A stretch of DNA of 63,470 nucleotides, the filler included, from Olpidium bornovanus S191 (lineage: Eukaryota > Fungi > Olpidiomycota): the NCBI GenBank assembly GCA_017911155.1. It is 30 parts of 30 records of this genome, joined end to end, with 100 filler letters (N's around TTAATTAATTAA, not from the genome) between each part and the next. Parts side by side here need not be neighbours in the genome. Positions count along the whole stretch, not along the records: positions 10,660 to 11,894 come from JAEFCI010011946.1; positions 11,995 to 13,028 come from JAEFCI010007465.1; positions 13,129 to 14,488 come from JAEFCI010007712.1; positions 14,589 to 16,138 come from JAEFCI010008095.1; positions 16,239 to 17,423 come from JAEFCI010005449.1; positions 17,524 to 20,562 come from JAEFCI010004782.1; positions 20,663 to 22,193 come from JAEFCI010002196.1; positions 22,294 to 25,666 come from JAEFCI010003949.1; 22 more parts are not named here. One strand, written 5' to 3'. Under the pieces are notes generated by a model that did not search any database, was not told the origin of the DNA, and saw only the letters and a list, made by a program, of their open reading frames with translations. Below are positions 11,728-23,332 of the stretch, in pieces; positions within the stretch are counted from its first letter, which is position 1; every line of letters begins with the position of its first letter. Made by a program: the position numbers and the translations under genes.

Positions 11728-11840
11728 ATGGTAATTGTCAATGCAACAATTCGTGATGTAGCACACGAATTATGTCATGCGACGGAAGGAAACCTGGTGG
11801 CGGCTCCTCCGACGTTTCCGGGAGCAAAGGCGCAGGCCAG
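11728..11840 (+). CDS. Unidentified first exon, divergent from ALG12
   Basis: ATG after a poly-A tract; MVIVNATIRDVAHELCHATEGNLVAAPPTFPGAKAQA followed by a GTAGGT donor. Family not recognised. Confidence 0.35.
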
Positions 11841-11994
11841 GTAGGTAACACAGAGTAGAGTACGCCCAATCGTTCCGTCTGCAACGCAGGTAAANNNNNN
11901 NNNNNNNNNNNNNNNNNNNNNNNNNNNNNNNNNNNNNNTTAATTAATTAANNNNNNNNNNNNNNNNNNNNNNNNNNNNNNNNNNNNNNNNNNNN

Positions 11995-12712
11995 CATGCG
12001 CCGCTGCCCTCGCTCTTTACGGCGGGATTGCTGGACGCGGGTTCCTAGCCACTTTCTGGCTCGGCGTGATTTTGCCTGCCTTCGCCGTCGGAGTACTCGC
12101 GCTCTACTGGCCCCTCATCTGCTTGCGCCTCCTCGACCTGTGGCGAACCTGGGAGATTCGCAGTCACAGGAAGTACGACGAGCAGGCAAGGTGGGACGAA
12201 AGTTTCGTTGCCGGGTACCAGGCGCAGGAAGAGGAGCAGCGGAGGGAGGACTGGAGGGAAAACCGGCGATACAGGAGACGAAGCGGCGAAGGGTACACTT
12301 CCCGGGAAAAGACCCACTATCGGAACGCCGGAACCGAATTGAGAGAACCGGATTACTACGCGGTTCTCGGGGTGAACCGGAATGCTACGACGCAGGATAT
12401 CCGAGCCGCTTTTCGGGCGCTGGCAATGGTGCACCGTGAGTGTTTGCGTCAGCTCAGAATGATACCCAGGACGAGTGGTCTTGTTCTCGAACCAGCTACT
12501 GTCTACCCTCCAGACCCGGACCGCGTGAGCGGCGAGGAAAAGGAGGCTGCAAAAATCCGTTTTCAGAAGATTTCCGCCGCGTACGCTGTTCTTCGAGATC
12601 GTAAGCTACGTTTTGCAAAGTTTATGTTGCCGGCTCTGGCTTCCTGAATTACCTAAGTACCTGCTTTTTTTCTTTAGCGGTGAAGCGCCGGCAATATGAC
12701 GCATCTTGTTGA
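11995..12712 (+). CDS. Membrane-anchored DnaJ protein with C-terminal J-domain, 5' partial
   Basis: DYYAVLGVNRNATTQDIRAAFRALAMVH|HPD (intron 12436-12513 splits the codon just before HPD)...FQKISAAYAVLRD|PVKRRQYDASC* (intron 12601-12677). Upstream hydrophobic segment AVGVLALYWPLICL. Confidence 0.88.
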
Positions 12713-13439
12713 CATTCCGGCCGCAATATGTGGAGTCCGAATTCCTTGCAAGTTCACCAACGCATTCCAATTCCAGAAAGTTGCTGCGTTAGCCTGGAAT
12801 CGACCGCTAAGCCCTGACGGACGTTCACCTGGTGTAGAGGTCGGCGCAATATCCAAGCCGGCGGTGACAATTCTTGGCGGAAAACTCTCGCAATTTTTCA
12901 GCCAGCGCATGTTTCGTGTGCTGTTGATCACGGCGGTCGTATGTTGACCACCGAAGCCGGGCTGTCGATCGCGACTCTCAGACGTGATGACTCGTTCGGC
13001 GTGATTATCAAAGCCGAGGTGCGGTTGCNNNNNNNNNNNNNNNNNNNNNNNNNNNNNNNNNNNNNNNNNNNNTTAATTAATTAANNNNNNNNNNNNNNNN
13101 NNNNNNNNNNNNNNNNNNNNNNNNNNNNAAAAAAAAAACAAAAGGAAAAAAGAAAAGCGAAAAAAAAAAAAAGAAATTCGCTTTGTCACCCCCGATCCAC
13201 CATCCTCACGCGCGCGCGGCCGGCGGGTGAGCCGGCGGTGGGCGGCGCAGAGCGCGGTAACAAAAAAACAAAAAAAAAAAAAACAAAAACAAAAAACAAA
13301 AAAACGGAGCAAAACATTGAAAAAAAAAATGAAAAACGGCGTTTTCGACGAGGCAACAACAACAAAAAAAAATTGTTTGCTTTCCCTCTCGTTTCTCTCT
13401 CTCTCTCTTTTTCTCTCGCTCTCGCTCCCGAGCTCCCGA

Positions 13440-13507
13440 GCTCTCGTCTTTCGCGCTCTCGTCTTTCGCGCTCTCGTCTTTCGCGCTCTCGTCTTTCGCG
13501 CTCTCGT
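13440..13507. repeat. 15-bp minisatellite (GCTCTCGTCTTTCGC)x4+
   Basis: Directly visible near-perfect tandem copies. Confidence 0.9.
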
Positions 13508-14831
13508 TTCTCTCCCCCCTCGAGCATTTCTCTCCACCGACCTTCGAGCGCCGAGATCGCCGCGAACCCGCCGGCCGCCGCCGCCGCCTCCCTCTTGCAC
13601 CGCGCGGCGGCGGCCGAGGGCGCCCGGGGGGGCGGCGGCGCGCAAAACTCGCCCGGCCGCATGAGCATGAGGGAGGCGCTCAGGGAGAGAGACAGGTCCC
13701 CCGCGCGGGGGTCGGTGTCCATAATGCCGCGGTGCTGCCGCCGCCGCCGCTGCTGCGCCGGAAGGAGAATCCGCGTCCCCCGCCGCCGCCCGCGCCGCCG
13801 CCCCAACCCCTGCCGCCGCAGCTGCAGCTGCAGCAGCGCCGGCGGCGGCGGGCTTCGTCGCCCGTCGTCAGAACGCGCCGCGTCGCCGCGGACCGCCGGG
13901 GGGCCGGCGGCGGCCGCGGGCGGCTGTTGCCGGCGGCTCCGCCGCTGCCCTCGCCGGCCCCGCCCCCGCCCCCGTTGCGACTCCGGAGTGTCCGCCCGGC
14001 CCTCCGGCGGCGCGTCGTCAACGACGAGCCGCGGCAGCCTTGTCTTCGGGTTCGCGTTCGTCCGCGGCGCGCCCGTCGGGTTCCGGGCCGCGTCCGCCGT
14101 CGCCGCCGAGGCCCGCCCGTCCGTCAAGCGGCACTGGTAAACGGGGATGGGCGACGTTTCGTGCGCGTGGTGGTGCTTTCGCGCGGGCGGCGCGCCGTCC
14201 TCGCGGACGCGGTGCGCGCCGCCGGCGACCTCGAGGATTGTTTTTTTTTGTTTGTTTTTTTTTTTGTTGAAGAGCGGGGGCGGAGAGGGGAAATTTTTCC
14301 CCCGCACCCCGAAAGAATAAAAAGCGGGAATTTTTTTTTTTTTTTTTTTTTGCCGTCAGCACGCACGCATGCGAGAAAAAGAAAGTTCCTCGCAGAAACG
14401 AAAAAAACGAAAAAAGATCTCAGCGCGTCAAAAAAAAGAAAATTGGCCGGGGAATAAAAGGACGAGCGGGAAATACAGCAGGCACTCTNNNNNNNNNNNN
14501 NNNNNNNNNNNNNNNNNNNNNNNNNNNNNNNNTTAATTAATTAANNNNNNNNNNNNNNNNNNNNNNNNNNNNNNNNNNNNNNNNNNNNTCATGATACGGC
14601 CGAATTCAGGGCTTTGGCAGCCGAACACCGCGCACCCGGCACGCGGGACCGCACGGGACCCGGGCCCCAGGGAGGCGGCGGGGCAAGGCGGACCGGGGGG
14701 GAGGGGAGGGGAAGGGAGGGGGAGAGCGGAAGGGGCGGGGAAGGGAAGACGTGTGTTTTGTGACGCTTGCGCACGCGGTGCACGACGGGCCCGCCGAGCG
14801 CCCTTGGGGGAGAAGGGGGAGAGGTGCTCAC

Positions 14832-15935
14832 CGCGCTTTCGGCTTGCTCGGCAGCTTGTACGGATGCTGCTCGGGTCTGCAGGTCTCGCAGTAGTAGCGC
14901 TCGGGGCAGCTGTCCACGTCCGGGATGCCCACGCAAATGCCGTGCTGCCAGCAGTGACAGTCCTCACACTGAATCATTATCCCGTCGTGGTCGTCCGCTG
15001 GGGGGCGTCCGGAGAGAAGAACCGGGAAGCGGGAGGAGACCGAGGGTGGATGGGAAGGAAAGAGAACACGTAAACCACCGGGGAATATCAGCCGGGTCGA
15101 AGCGGCGCAAGACAGCCTCTCGAGGAAAAAACCCGAGCAGAAACGGACATGTTGCAGGCCGCGGTAAGTCGACTGAGCGGGAACACTCACGGGTCTCGCC
15201 GCATATGCACCTCGTCTCGCCCTCGTCGTCGTTGTCTTCGTCGCCTTCCACGAAGTGCTGGCAAAACTGGCTCTTATCGTCGCCGCGCGGGGGGGGGGTT
15301 TGTTGCGCGCCGGCGACGGGCGCGGCGAGACCGTCGGGGATGAAGCCGGGGCGCTCACCTTGCGCCGCGGAGGGGCCCGGGTCCGGTAGGACCGGAGGAA
15401 ACGGCTGGCGGAACGCAGCCTGCATGCTGGGGGCGGGGGAAGAGGGGGGAAAGGGGGGGCGAAGGGGAAGAAGGAAGCGCGGAAAGCGGGCAGGTCGCTG
15501 CGCGTCTTGTCGCCTGGTGCGCGAGGGCGAGGGCGGACGGGTTTCACCCGTGGGGGACGAGGCGACGTCAACGGGGAGGGACTTTCCAGGTGGCTCGCCG
15601 GCTCGAAAGCCACGCCGGAGAAAAGCACAAAAAAGACGCTCCAAGCTACGAGGATGCGCGGCACAAGCGAAGCCGCGTGGTAACTCGGGAAGTCGCGAGA
15701 CCCTCTTTGCCTCCTCTCCTCTTCTCGCCCCCCGGCCCCCTCTCCCGTGCCGCCGGAGCGTCCGAGACAAAGTGGTCACGGGAGCCGCCGGTGGTGGCGG
15801 GAAAATGGTAAGGCGTGGAGAGGGGAACAGGAGCCAGTCAGGAGATAGGCATGCGGGAGGACCGGCCGTTGGAGGTTTGGAGGGGGGAAGCGGGACCGGA
15901 GGCAAGTCCGACGTGGGGGGGATGCGGGGGGGCAC
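14832..15935 (-). CDS. PHD-finger protein, Cti6/Set3-like, partial (exons 15935-15191, 14997-14832)
   Basis: DEGETRCICGET|PDDHDGIMIQCEDCHCWQHGICVGIPDVDSCPERYYCETCRPEQH is a complete C4HC3 PHD. GTGAGT...CAG intron in frame. Confidence 0.82.
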
Positions 15936-16060
15936 TCACCGTTTGCGGGGTAGGTTGGGGGTGGTGCGGGAGGGAGGGTGCGGTTTTGGGTCAGGGACGG
16001 AGGAGGGACGGAGCGGGTGCGTGCGTGTAAATATATGGCGGGGGGAGTGGGGGCGACGCG

Positions 16061-16132
<72 letters not shown>

Positions 16133-16899
16133 AAAAAANNNNNNNNNNNNNNNNNNNNNNNNNNNNNNNNNNNNNNNNNNNNTTAATTAATTAANNNNNN
16201 NNNNNNNNNNNNNNNNNNNNNNNNNNNNNNNNNNNNNNCATGAATTCCGCGAATCCCGTGAACCACAGAAATCCAGCAGATGTTGCGAATTTGGTATTCC
16301 TTGCGGAATTCTTTCTTTTCTGCTGGATTAGCGGGATTTTCTTTATTCTTGAAGTCGGTGACGGGACAAACCCTCCAGTCGTCGCGTGACTCGTCGACAG
16401 CATCAGTGAGACGAAAGGCATCCATTTCAGTGTGGTGGCAGGTACAAAGTAAAATACGCGAGTTGTAATGCTTCTCTTTTCTCTGTAATATACGATTGGT
16501 AGTTTTTAAGTGGCACGTGTCCCAAATAGGTAAGTAAGGAAACCAGTTCCTTTCCAAACAGCGGGTGTGGTCTCGAAATTGGTAGAGCCTGACGTCACTA
16601 TGATGCTCTTTCAGAGAATCGAATGGCGCCTACGGTTCAGTTCGGCCACGATGCGCAGGATCGTGAATTGGACGGGATGCATCTGTACTCCAGCAAGAGG
16701 CGAATGTGCTTGGAACGTGCGCAGAGGTGAGGGAAAGGCAGAGCTTACGTGTTTGCGCTACTCTGCTTTTTTTTTGGTTTTTTTTTTTTTGGCTCCCCTC
16801 TTCTTCCCCTCCAACGAGGCGCGGAGCGGACAGGGCTTTGTGGCTCTTCCCCTCCTTGTGGCTCTTGGTACATTGTCCTGTTTGAGCACGCGCCACACT

Positions 16900-17200
16900 T
16901 AAGATTTTTTTTTTGTCGGGCGTGTCCTGAATGTTGCTCTCGTGATCACTGACTTCCAGTCCCACCATTACGTACTTATACAGCAAAGCTTGGGGTACGA
17001 CAGGCGTGGGGGCACGAAGAAGCCCATCGCCAAGTTTGTGAAGCGCTCATCGGGTACGGGTAGCGGGTGCAGGTGCCCGTGCTTCTGTCCTCCGAGCTTA
17101 TGCTGCTGGCAGGAATCACAAGAAACGACCCAGGCGCGGACCGGCTTGGCCACGTTTGGCTAGTGGTGTTTCTTCTGGATGCTTGCAAAGAGTTCGTCCC
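16900..17200 (-). pseudogene. Degenerate Ty3/gypsy integrase (zinc-binding region)
   Basis: SIQKKHH*PNVAKPVRAWVVSCDSCQQHK...GHLHPLPVPDERFTNLAMGF matches the gypsy pattern yWP...V..CxxCQ..K...G.L.PLP.P. TAG at 17160-17162 replaces W. Confidence 0.78.
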
Positions 17201-17525
17201 CAGCCTGGGTCTGCCACATCATCTGCAACCCTCCCCCACCCCCCTGCTCGCCAATTCCCCCCCCTGTCCCCCCCTGTTCCGCCCCTATTCTCCGACGGCA
17301 CCCATGCGAGCAGCACAGAGGGCCGTTGGGGATGAACAAGCGCGAACCCCCAGAACAGGAGACCAATATTCCGAGCGCGACGGGAGTGGGGATTTTGTTG
17401 GACGACGTAACGCAGGAACTCCGNNNNNNNNNNNNNNNNNNNNNNNNNNNNNNNNNNNNNNNNNNNNTTAATTAATTAANNNNNNNNNNNNNNNNNNNNN
17501 NNNNNNNNNNNNNNNNNNNNNNNAA

Positions 17526-17694
17526 GTCGAACTCATTCAAGTTCCATCGGAGAACAACCTTGCTGACGGCTTCACAAAAGGACTCAACTCCATCAACTTC
17601 GCACGCTTCCGGGATGCCATTGGAGTGCGCCCTTGCCCGTCCACAGTCAAGTAGACATCAAGTTCCTGGATATTCAAGAGGTCACAAGGGGGCG
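17526..17694 (+). mobile_element. Ty1/copia RNase H C-terminus plus polypurine tract
   Basis: VELIQVPSENNLADGFTKGLNSINFARFRDAIGV, stop at 17654, then AAGGGGGCG at 17686-17694. Confidence 0.8.
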
Positions 17695-17967
17695 TTGGCC
17701 GAGGCGAGAAGGTACCGAGCAGTCAGGATTTTCCGCACTGTTCCGCACCGTCCAATTAGTTTTCCCATTTTACTATACTTCTCCTTCTCCCGCTTTACCG
17801 TACTTCCCCGTCAACCCAAACTTCATATTTCCCTTCCCTTTTCTATTCCGTCCTTCGAGCGAGGGGGGGTGTTGCGCCCGAAATATTTTTACCACTCTCA
17901 TACTACTACTACTACCACCCAACGTAGCCAAAACGAAAACACAAAATAAAAACGACAAAATGACGGA

Positions 17968-18741
17968 TTGCTCACAATGGACCAACGCCACTACGCGGAA
18001 GAAATCCTAATACGCTTCAGGATGATGGATGCAAACCACGTCAGTACACCGGTGGAACAAGGAGCCTTGGAAGCTATGACGGTCAACGATGAGGCATGCA
18101 ACGCAGGACGCTACGCAGAGGCAATCAGGTCCATCATGTGGATGGCCACAATGACAAGACCAGACCTAGCCTTCTCTGCAGCATTTCTCGCCTGTTTTAC
18201 ATCTGCACCGACCAACCGCCACTGGGGCGCCGCCAAAAGGGCGTTACGCTACATCAAAGGCACCATGGATCATGGGATATCCTTCCAGGCGCAAGGTCCC
18301 GGCAAGGTCAGTGCCTTCTGCAACGCGGACTGGACAGGTTGTCACCAAATGCGGGCATCAACGTCAGGGATGGTCATTCTGTACAACGGATCTCCCGTAT
18401 CATGGCGCTCCACGAGACAGAAGTGTGTCGCAGTATCATCCTGCAAAGCGGAGTTCGTGTCTGGGTCAATGGCCACCCAGGAAATTACCTGGCTACACGC
18501 CATACTCGGAACAATGGATGGGAACGTCATTAAAACAGCAACGACACTGTATATTGACAATAATGGCGCAATAAAGCTCGCCAAGGACGTCAAGACATCC
18601 AGGCAATCCAAGCAGATAGACATACGGTACCACCCCCTTCGCCAGTGCGCTGCGGACGGAGCCATAATCGTCGAGAAAGTCGATTCCAAAGATAACCACA
18701 CTCACAAAGCCTTTGGAAAGGCTGAAGTTTGCCTCATTTAA
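17968..18741 (+). mobile_element. Ty1/copia RT C-terminus and RNase H, degenerate
   Basis: TRPDLAF, HWGAAKRALRYIKGT, NADWTG, STSG, VSWRSTRQKCVAVSSCKAEF, LYIDNNGAIKLAK and SKQIDIRYH. Confidence 0.93.
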
Positions 18742-19653
18742 AAAAGCCACTGGAATGGGCAAGTACGGCGGCTGAGATTTGCGCACGCGCATTTACACGC
18801 CTAACCGCCCGGAAGAAGCACCACAAAAGGAAGAAGTACGCACTTAGATAGCTCTTAGCGTGACCATGGAAGATATATTTGTTAGGAGAGGCGGGGTGTA
18901 GGAAAAAAGGGGGGCGCAGCCAGAGGCAGCACGGATTGAGCTCCTACACGAATTACTTCCCCCTTTCCCCCTTTTGCAGAATCCGCATGGAATCCCAACA
19001 TAAATAGGCGCGGAATCCGTAGGATTAAAACACCGCGAAGAAACAGAGCAGTATTTCCCTCTTCCGAATCCTTGCGCGGCTCCCTTGGATTTCCCGGTGT
19101 CTCCTCCGGAGGGCATATTTTACCACAACACAACCCTGTTCCCCCCCCCCCCTTATCCCAGCGAATCGGAGCAGGGCTGAGCAAGGAGCACCGCGTCCTG
19201 CCGCTGGCGGTCACCGCGCTGTCGCCAGAGCAGAGGAGGAGCCGCCTCGACCGCCGCCGCCGCCGCCCCAACCAGCCTCGGCCCCTCCTTCACCACCACC
19301 ACCAGCCGCCCCAGGTCGACGATGCCCCTGCCGCCGCCGCCGCCGCCGCCTGCCCGGCCCGGAACAGCCCTCGGCCGCCGTGCGGGGATCCATTTCCCCA
19401 CTCGGGCCGCCAAATTTAAGTTAATTCTTTCCCCCCTCCCATCTCCTCGCCCTATCATCGCTTTTCGTGTTACGCTTCCCCTTGTGCACAACAGCGCATT
19501 TTGCGGAAACCCCGGGGGACCAGCGGCTCCGTTTATTTATTTTCTTTTTTTTTTGTTTCTCATACCGCCATTACCCGATACCCCCGAGATCCCCCCCCTC
19601 CTCTCCACGCGCTGCACCATCCATATCCGCAATCTTTATTATATTTTCTTTTA

Positions 19654-19656
<3 letters not shown>

Positions 19657-19685
<29 letters not shown>
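19657..19685. repeat. (TTA)n microsatellite
   Basis: About 9-10 TTA units visible. Confidence 0.9.
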
Positions 19686-21335
19686 TTTGAGCGTCCCCTT
19701 TTGTTCAGTTTCAAGACGCGTCCTGCGCCCCGATTTCGATTCTTTCTCTCACTCTCTCTCACTCTCTCTCTCTATCTCGCTTACGTTCCTCGATTCCCGT
19801 AGTGTAATTAATTAGTGCCCCACACACCACGCGTACGCGGCACCCCGCCTTCTAATAATTCTGTTCGTGTTGCGGAGATAAAAGTTCCCGCCCTCAGGCT
19901 TTGGCTCCGTCTCCGTCTTCGTCCATGAAATACAAAAACAAGAACGAAAGGAACGACATCATATAACAGTTCGCACATTTGGCCGCTTTTTTTGTTTTAT
20001 TTTTTTGGAAGAAAGAAATAAAGGAGTAAGCAGACTTCGCGGCGGATCCCGTGACATGAAGGTTACGGTCACGTGGCGTGACGGTTACAATTACGGGCGT
20101 GAAGCCAAAAAGCGAAAGAAACTTTTATAGACCCTAACCTAACGGGAATGATTTCCACCGTTTAGAACCTCCCAGCCCTCCCCCCCCGGCCTCTCCTCTC
20201 CAGCCCCGGGGAGCTCCTCTCCAACCCCGGAGAGCTCCACTCCAACCCCGAGGACGGAAGAAGCGGGTGGGGGAAGAGAGAGAAGCAGTTTTCGCAATTC
20301 TTTTTTTTGGTTTTTTTTTTTGGGGGTGTTGCGGAAAAGGGGCTCTCTCTCTTCCGTCTTCCTTCCTCTCTCCTTTTCGCTTCCGTTGTTTGCGTTTGAC
20401 GGCGGGAGGAAGAGCTCCAGGGGGAGCTCCCCTCCCGGTCCTGGCATCTTTGATCACGTGACCGTAGAGCGTACTCTTTCGGTTCACAACACTCCTCCTC
20501 GCTCAGCGGGCACTCAGCCTACCGAGCCAGGTGAGCGTGATCGTACTTCATTGGTGATCTCGNNNNNNNNNNNNNNNNNNNNNNNNNNNNNNNNNNNNNN
20601 NNNNNNTTAATTAATTAANNNNNNNNNNNNNNNNNNNNNNNNNNNNNNNNNNNNNNNNNNNNCATGATCCGCATCCGCAGGCTGGCGCCCCCACTGTTGT
20701 CCGACGCGGACGTGACGCATCTCCCCGCCGGCTCACGTCTACAAATCAAGCAGTACCGTGTATCCCGACGGAGCTTTTTTTGTGTATGTTTTGATTTTTG
20801 CCAAGATTTCGCCGGAAGCGGTGGTCAATCGGGGGCGGACATCCGCGGCGGGCTCGGGAGACGGGGAGGTCGGCGGGCGGGGGGATATCAGCGACGCCGC
20901 GTCTCTTCCGTCACCGGCGACGCCTCTTGTTTTTTTAAGAAGAAAAAAAAATCCCCTTTTCCCCCGGGTTTTGGCCGAGTGCGTCGCTTCGGCCCTCGGC
21001 CCGAAGGGGGGAGCGTCCCCGTCGGCTGGGTTTGGGTCTCGCTGCCTGCTGCCCCGAATCGGCGGCCGGCGGACTCTGCGCCCGTTGTCGGCCGTCGATT
21101 CTGCCGCTCCCTGCGGCCCTGCGCGGGAGCCGGCGAGCTTCTTCCCTCCTGACTGTGTCACACTCTAGAGTTCAGGACGAGGGCCCAGTCCGGTTCACAC
21201 CCATGCCGCCTTCGCACGGATGTAGACGTTCGGGTGGCGCAGGTCGTGTGGGGCGTCCCCCCCACAAAGAAACGTACACATTTGACTCTACATAGGCGTG
21301 CGGAAGGCAGCTGACGCCGGGCTGGATGCATAGAA

Positions 21336-21374
<39 letters not shown>

Positions 21375-21501
21375 GGGGGGAAAAGACGTGATAATCTAAC
21401 AGAAATAAAATGGGTGGGGGGGGGTATGATGGTCTAAACTGTGATCAGCGATCATCCAAAAAAACAACAAAAATATCTCTCGATAAAAAAAGAATTCGGA
21501 T

Positions 21502-21695
21502 CTATCGGTTTTCGAGGTGCTTTTCGGCCACCTCGTAAAAGAGGATCGAGAACCCGAACAGCGGCGAGACCACCAGCATCCTCGGGACGACTCCCTTGAA
21601 AAATCCCCGCGGGCCTTCGCGGCGGAAGATCTCGCGGCAGACCGACGCGTACGACTGGGTTTTGTTGGGCGACGCCTGCAGCCTTGTTTTTGTTA
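21502..21695 (-). CDS. Mitochondrial carrier (SLC25; glutamate/aspartate-carrier-like), terminal exon
   Basis: TKTRLQ...IFRREGPRGFFKGVVPRMLVVSPLFGFSILFYE* is the third carrier repeat. CAG acceptor at 21698-21696. Confidence 0.85.
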
Positions 21696-21793
21696 CTGAA
21701 TTCGCCACCATCGAGTGGGCGCCCAACAATAGATAAAAAAATTAGCGGCCAGGCTAAAAAACACGCGTGAGAAAGGAATGGGGAGAAAGAAAG

Positions 21794-21828
<35 letters not shown>

Positions 21829-23072
21829 CCCGGGGGCCCGCGGGCCCCCCCCCCCCCCCCCGCCCCCCCCCCCCCCCCCCGCACGCAAGAGCTCGCAGCC
21901 CCGCGTGGTAACCGCGTGGGAAGGGACCGGACGCACCGCGTCGACAGACGTGACGTCGAACGACGGCTTTGCCGTCGACCTGCCTTCGTTCGATGTCAAC
22001 GAGCATAAATAGCATCCCTTCCGCTCCGTAGCTCGACTTCGAATTCGAACCCAACCTTTGACCTTTCCCTTTTGACTGCCCTGGCAGCCCTCGTCACCTT
22101 ACCTGTAGCACCGTCTCAGACCTGACGAGGGAGAGGAATATAACGCTGTGAACCTTGCCGCAGTACATGGTAGCAACGCCTCTTCGACATGACNNNNNNN
22201 NNNNNNNNNNNNNNNNNNNNNNNNNNNNNNNNNNNNNTTAATTAATTAANNNNNNNNNNNNNNNNNNNNNNNNNNNNNNNNNNNNNNNNNNNNCCAGCCG
22301 CTCTCGACAATATTCTGATCAGTTAAATTAAAATTCAAAATAAAACGTGTAGAGGTCTTCGTCAGCTTCACGCCTCTTGGATGCAAGGTTTTGAACAAGC
22401 ATTTGCCTGAGACGAACCGGATCGTAAGATTTCGCCAGCGGACGGCATGGTTTTCTGGGTGTTTCCGAGGGGATTTCTACATCGGCCGAGCTCCTGCACC
22501 AACGTCGGCAATTCCATGGCGAAGCTTTGAGAGCCACTGAAGTGCGGCCTCGTGATATCTGCAATGCACTCGTCGCAGCTGCTGCCGATCGCGGTCCGCG
22601 GCGCATGTCGTCCACGGAAATCGGACGCAACCAACGACGTATTCCAAGTTGAAATCCCTCGTGCGCGTAGCAGAGCTGTTAGGCCACCGTTTCGCAGTCG
22701 CCGGCGTTGAATGGCCGGCAGTGTCCTTAACCCGCACTCGGCCACGGATGTGCCGCGCCTCGGCACCCCCTTGTTAATGTCGGCAGTAGGGCGGCTTCCC
22801 TCTCGCCTCTAGCTTTTCTCGGCTGTGAACGAATCTACGAGGCCGGCGGACAACGTCAGCTCTCCGAGTCCGCGCGCAAGGCGGGAAGCGGACAGGCGGC
22901 TTTGCGCTTCGCTTACCTGAACGTCGCGTGGCGCAGGACAAGCGGCGAGCGCGGTTGTTTCCGCTAACGGCGCAGAACGAGGGTCGCGTGCGGAGGGACT
23001 CAAAAAAGCCTCGGCGAAAATAATAACAAAGAGACTGGCTTGTGTCAATCAACATTTCGCCATGCGCAATGC

Positions 23073-23156
23073 GTCACGTGACCTCAACGGCTACGTCTGG
23101 CTTAAAGAGTCACGTGACCAAGAGCCGGCAACAAGGACGCTGGCGGCGCACGTGAC
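23073..23156. promoter_or_regulatory. Cluster of GTCACGTGAC / CACGTGAC E-box sites upstream of the p24 gene
   Basis: Perfect palindromes at 23073-23082 and 23109-23118, plus GCACGTGAC at 23148-23156, about 180-260 bp before the ATG. Fits the Cbf1/bHLH-ZIP RTCACGTG consensus. Confidence 0.55.
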
Positions 23157-23332
23157 CGTAACGTTTTTCGAAGGCGGTTTTTTTTTTTCCGCCGCGCGAC
23201 AACCCCACAGCGATCTCTCGCGGACCGGCTCCTCGCGGTCGCTTGTTGTCGGGAACCGGGCGCTGCACCAGTCCAGCGCGCACTTCGTGCGACCGGCGAA
23301 CTGGTGGTTTGAAGCAGGCGGAAGCCATTGTG

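Noticed and set aside
13186-14307. 373-aa ORF on contig 8
   Set aside because: It is GC-rich low complexity with long ORFs in several frames and no domain, and it includes minisatellite and poly-A translation.
20132-20143. Telomeric repeat CCCTAACCTAAC
   Set aside because: Only about two degenerate units occur mid-contig.
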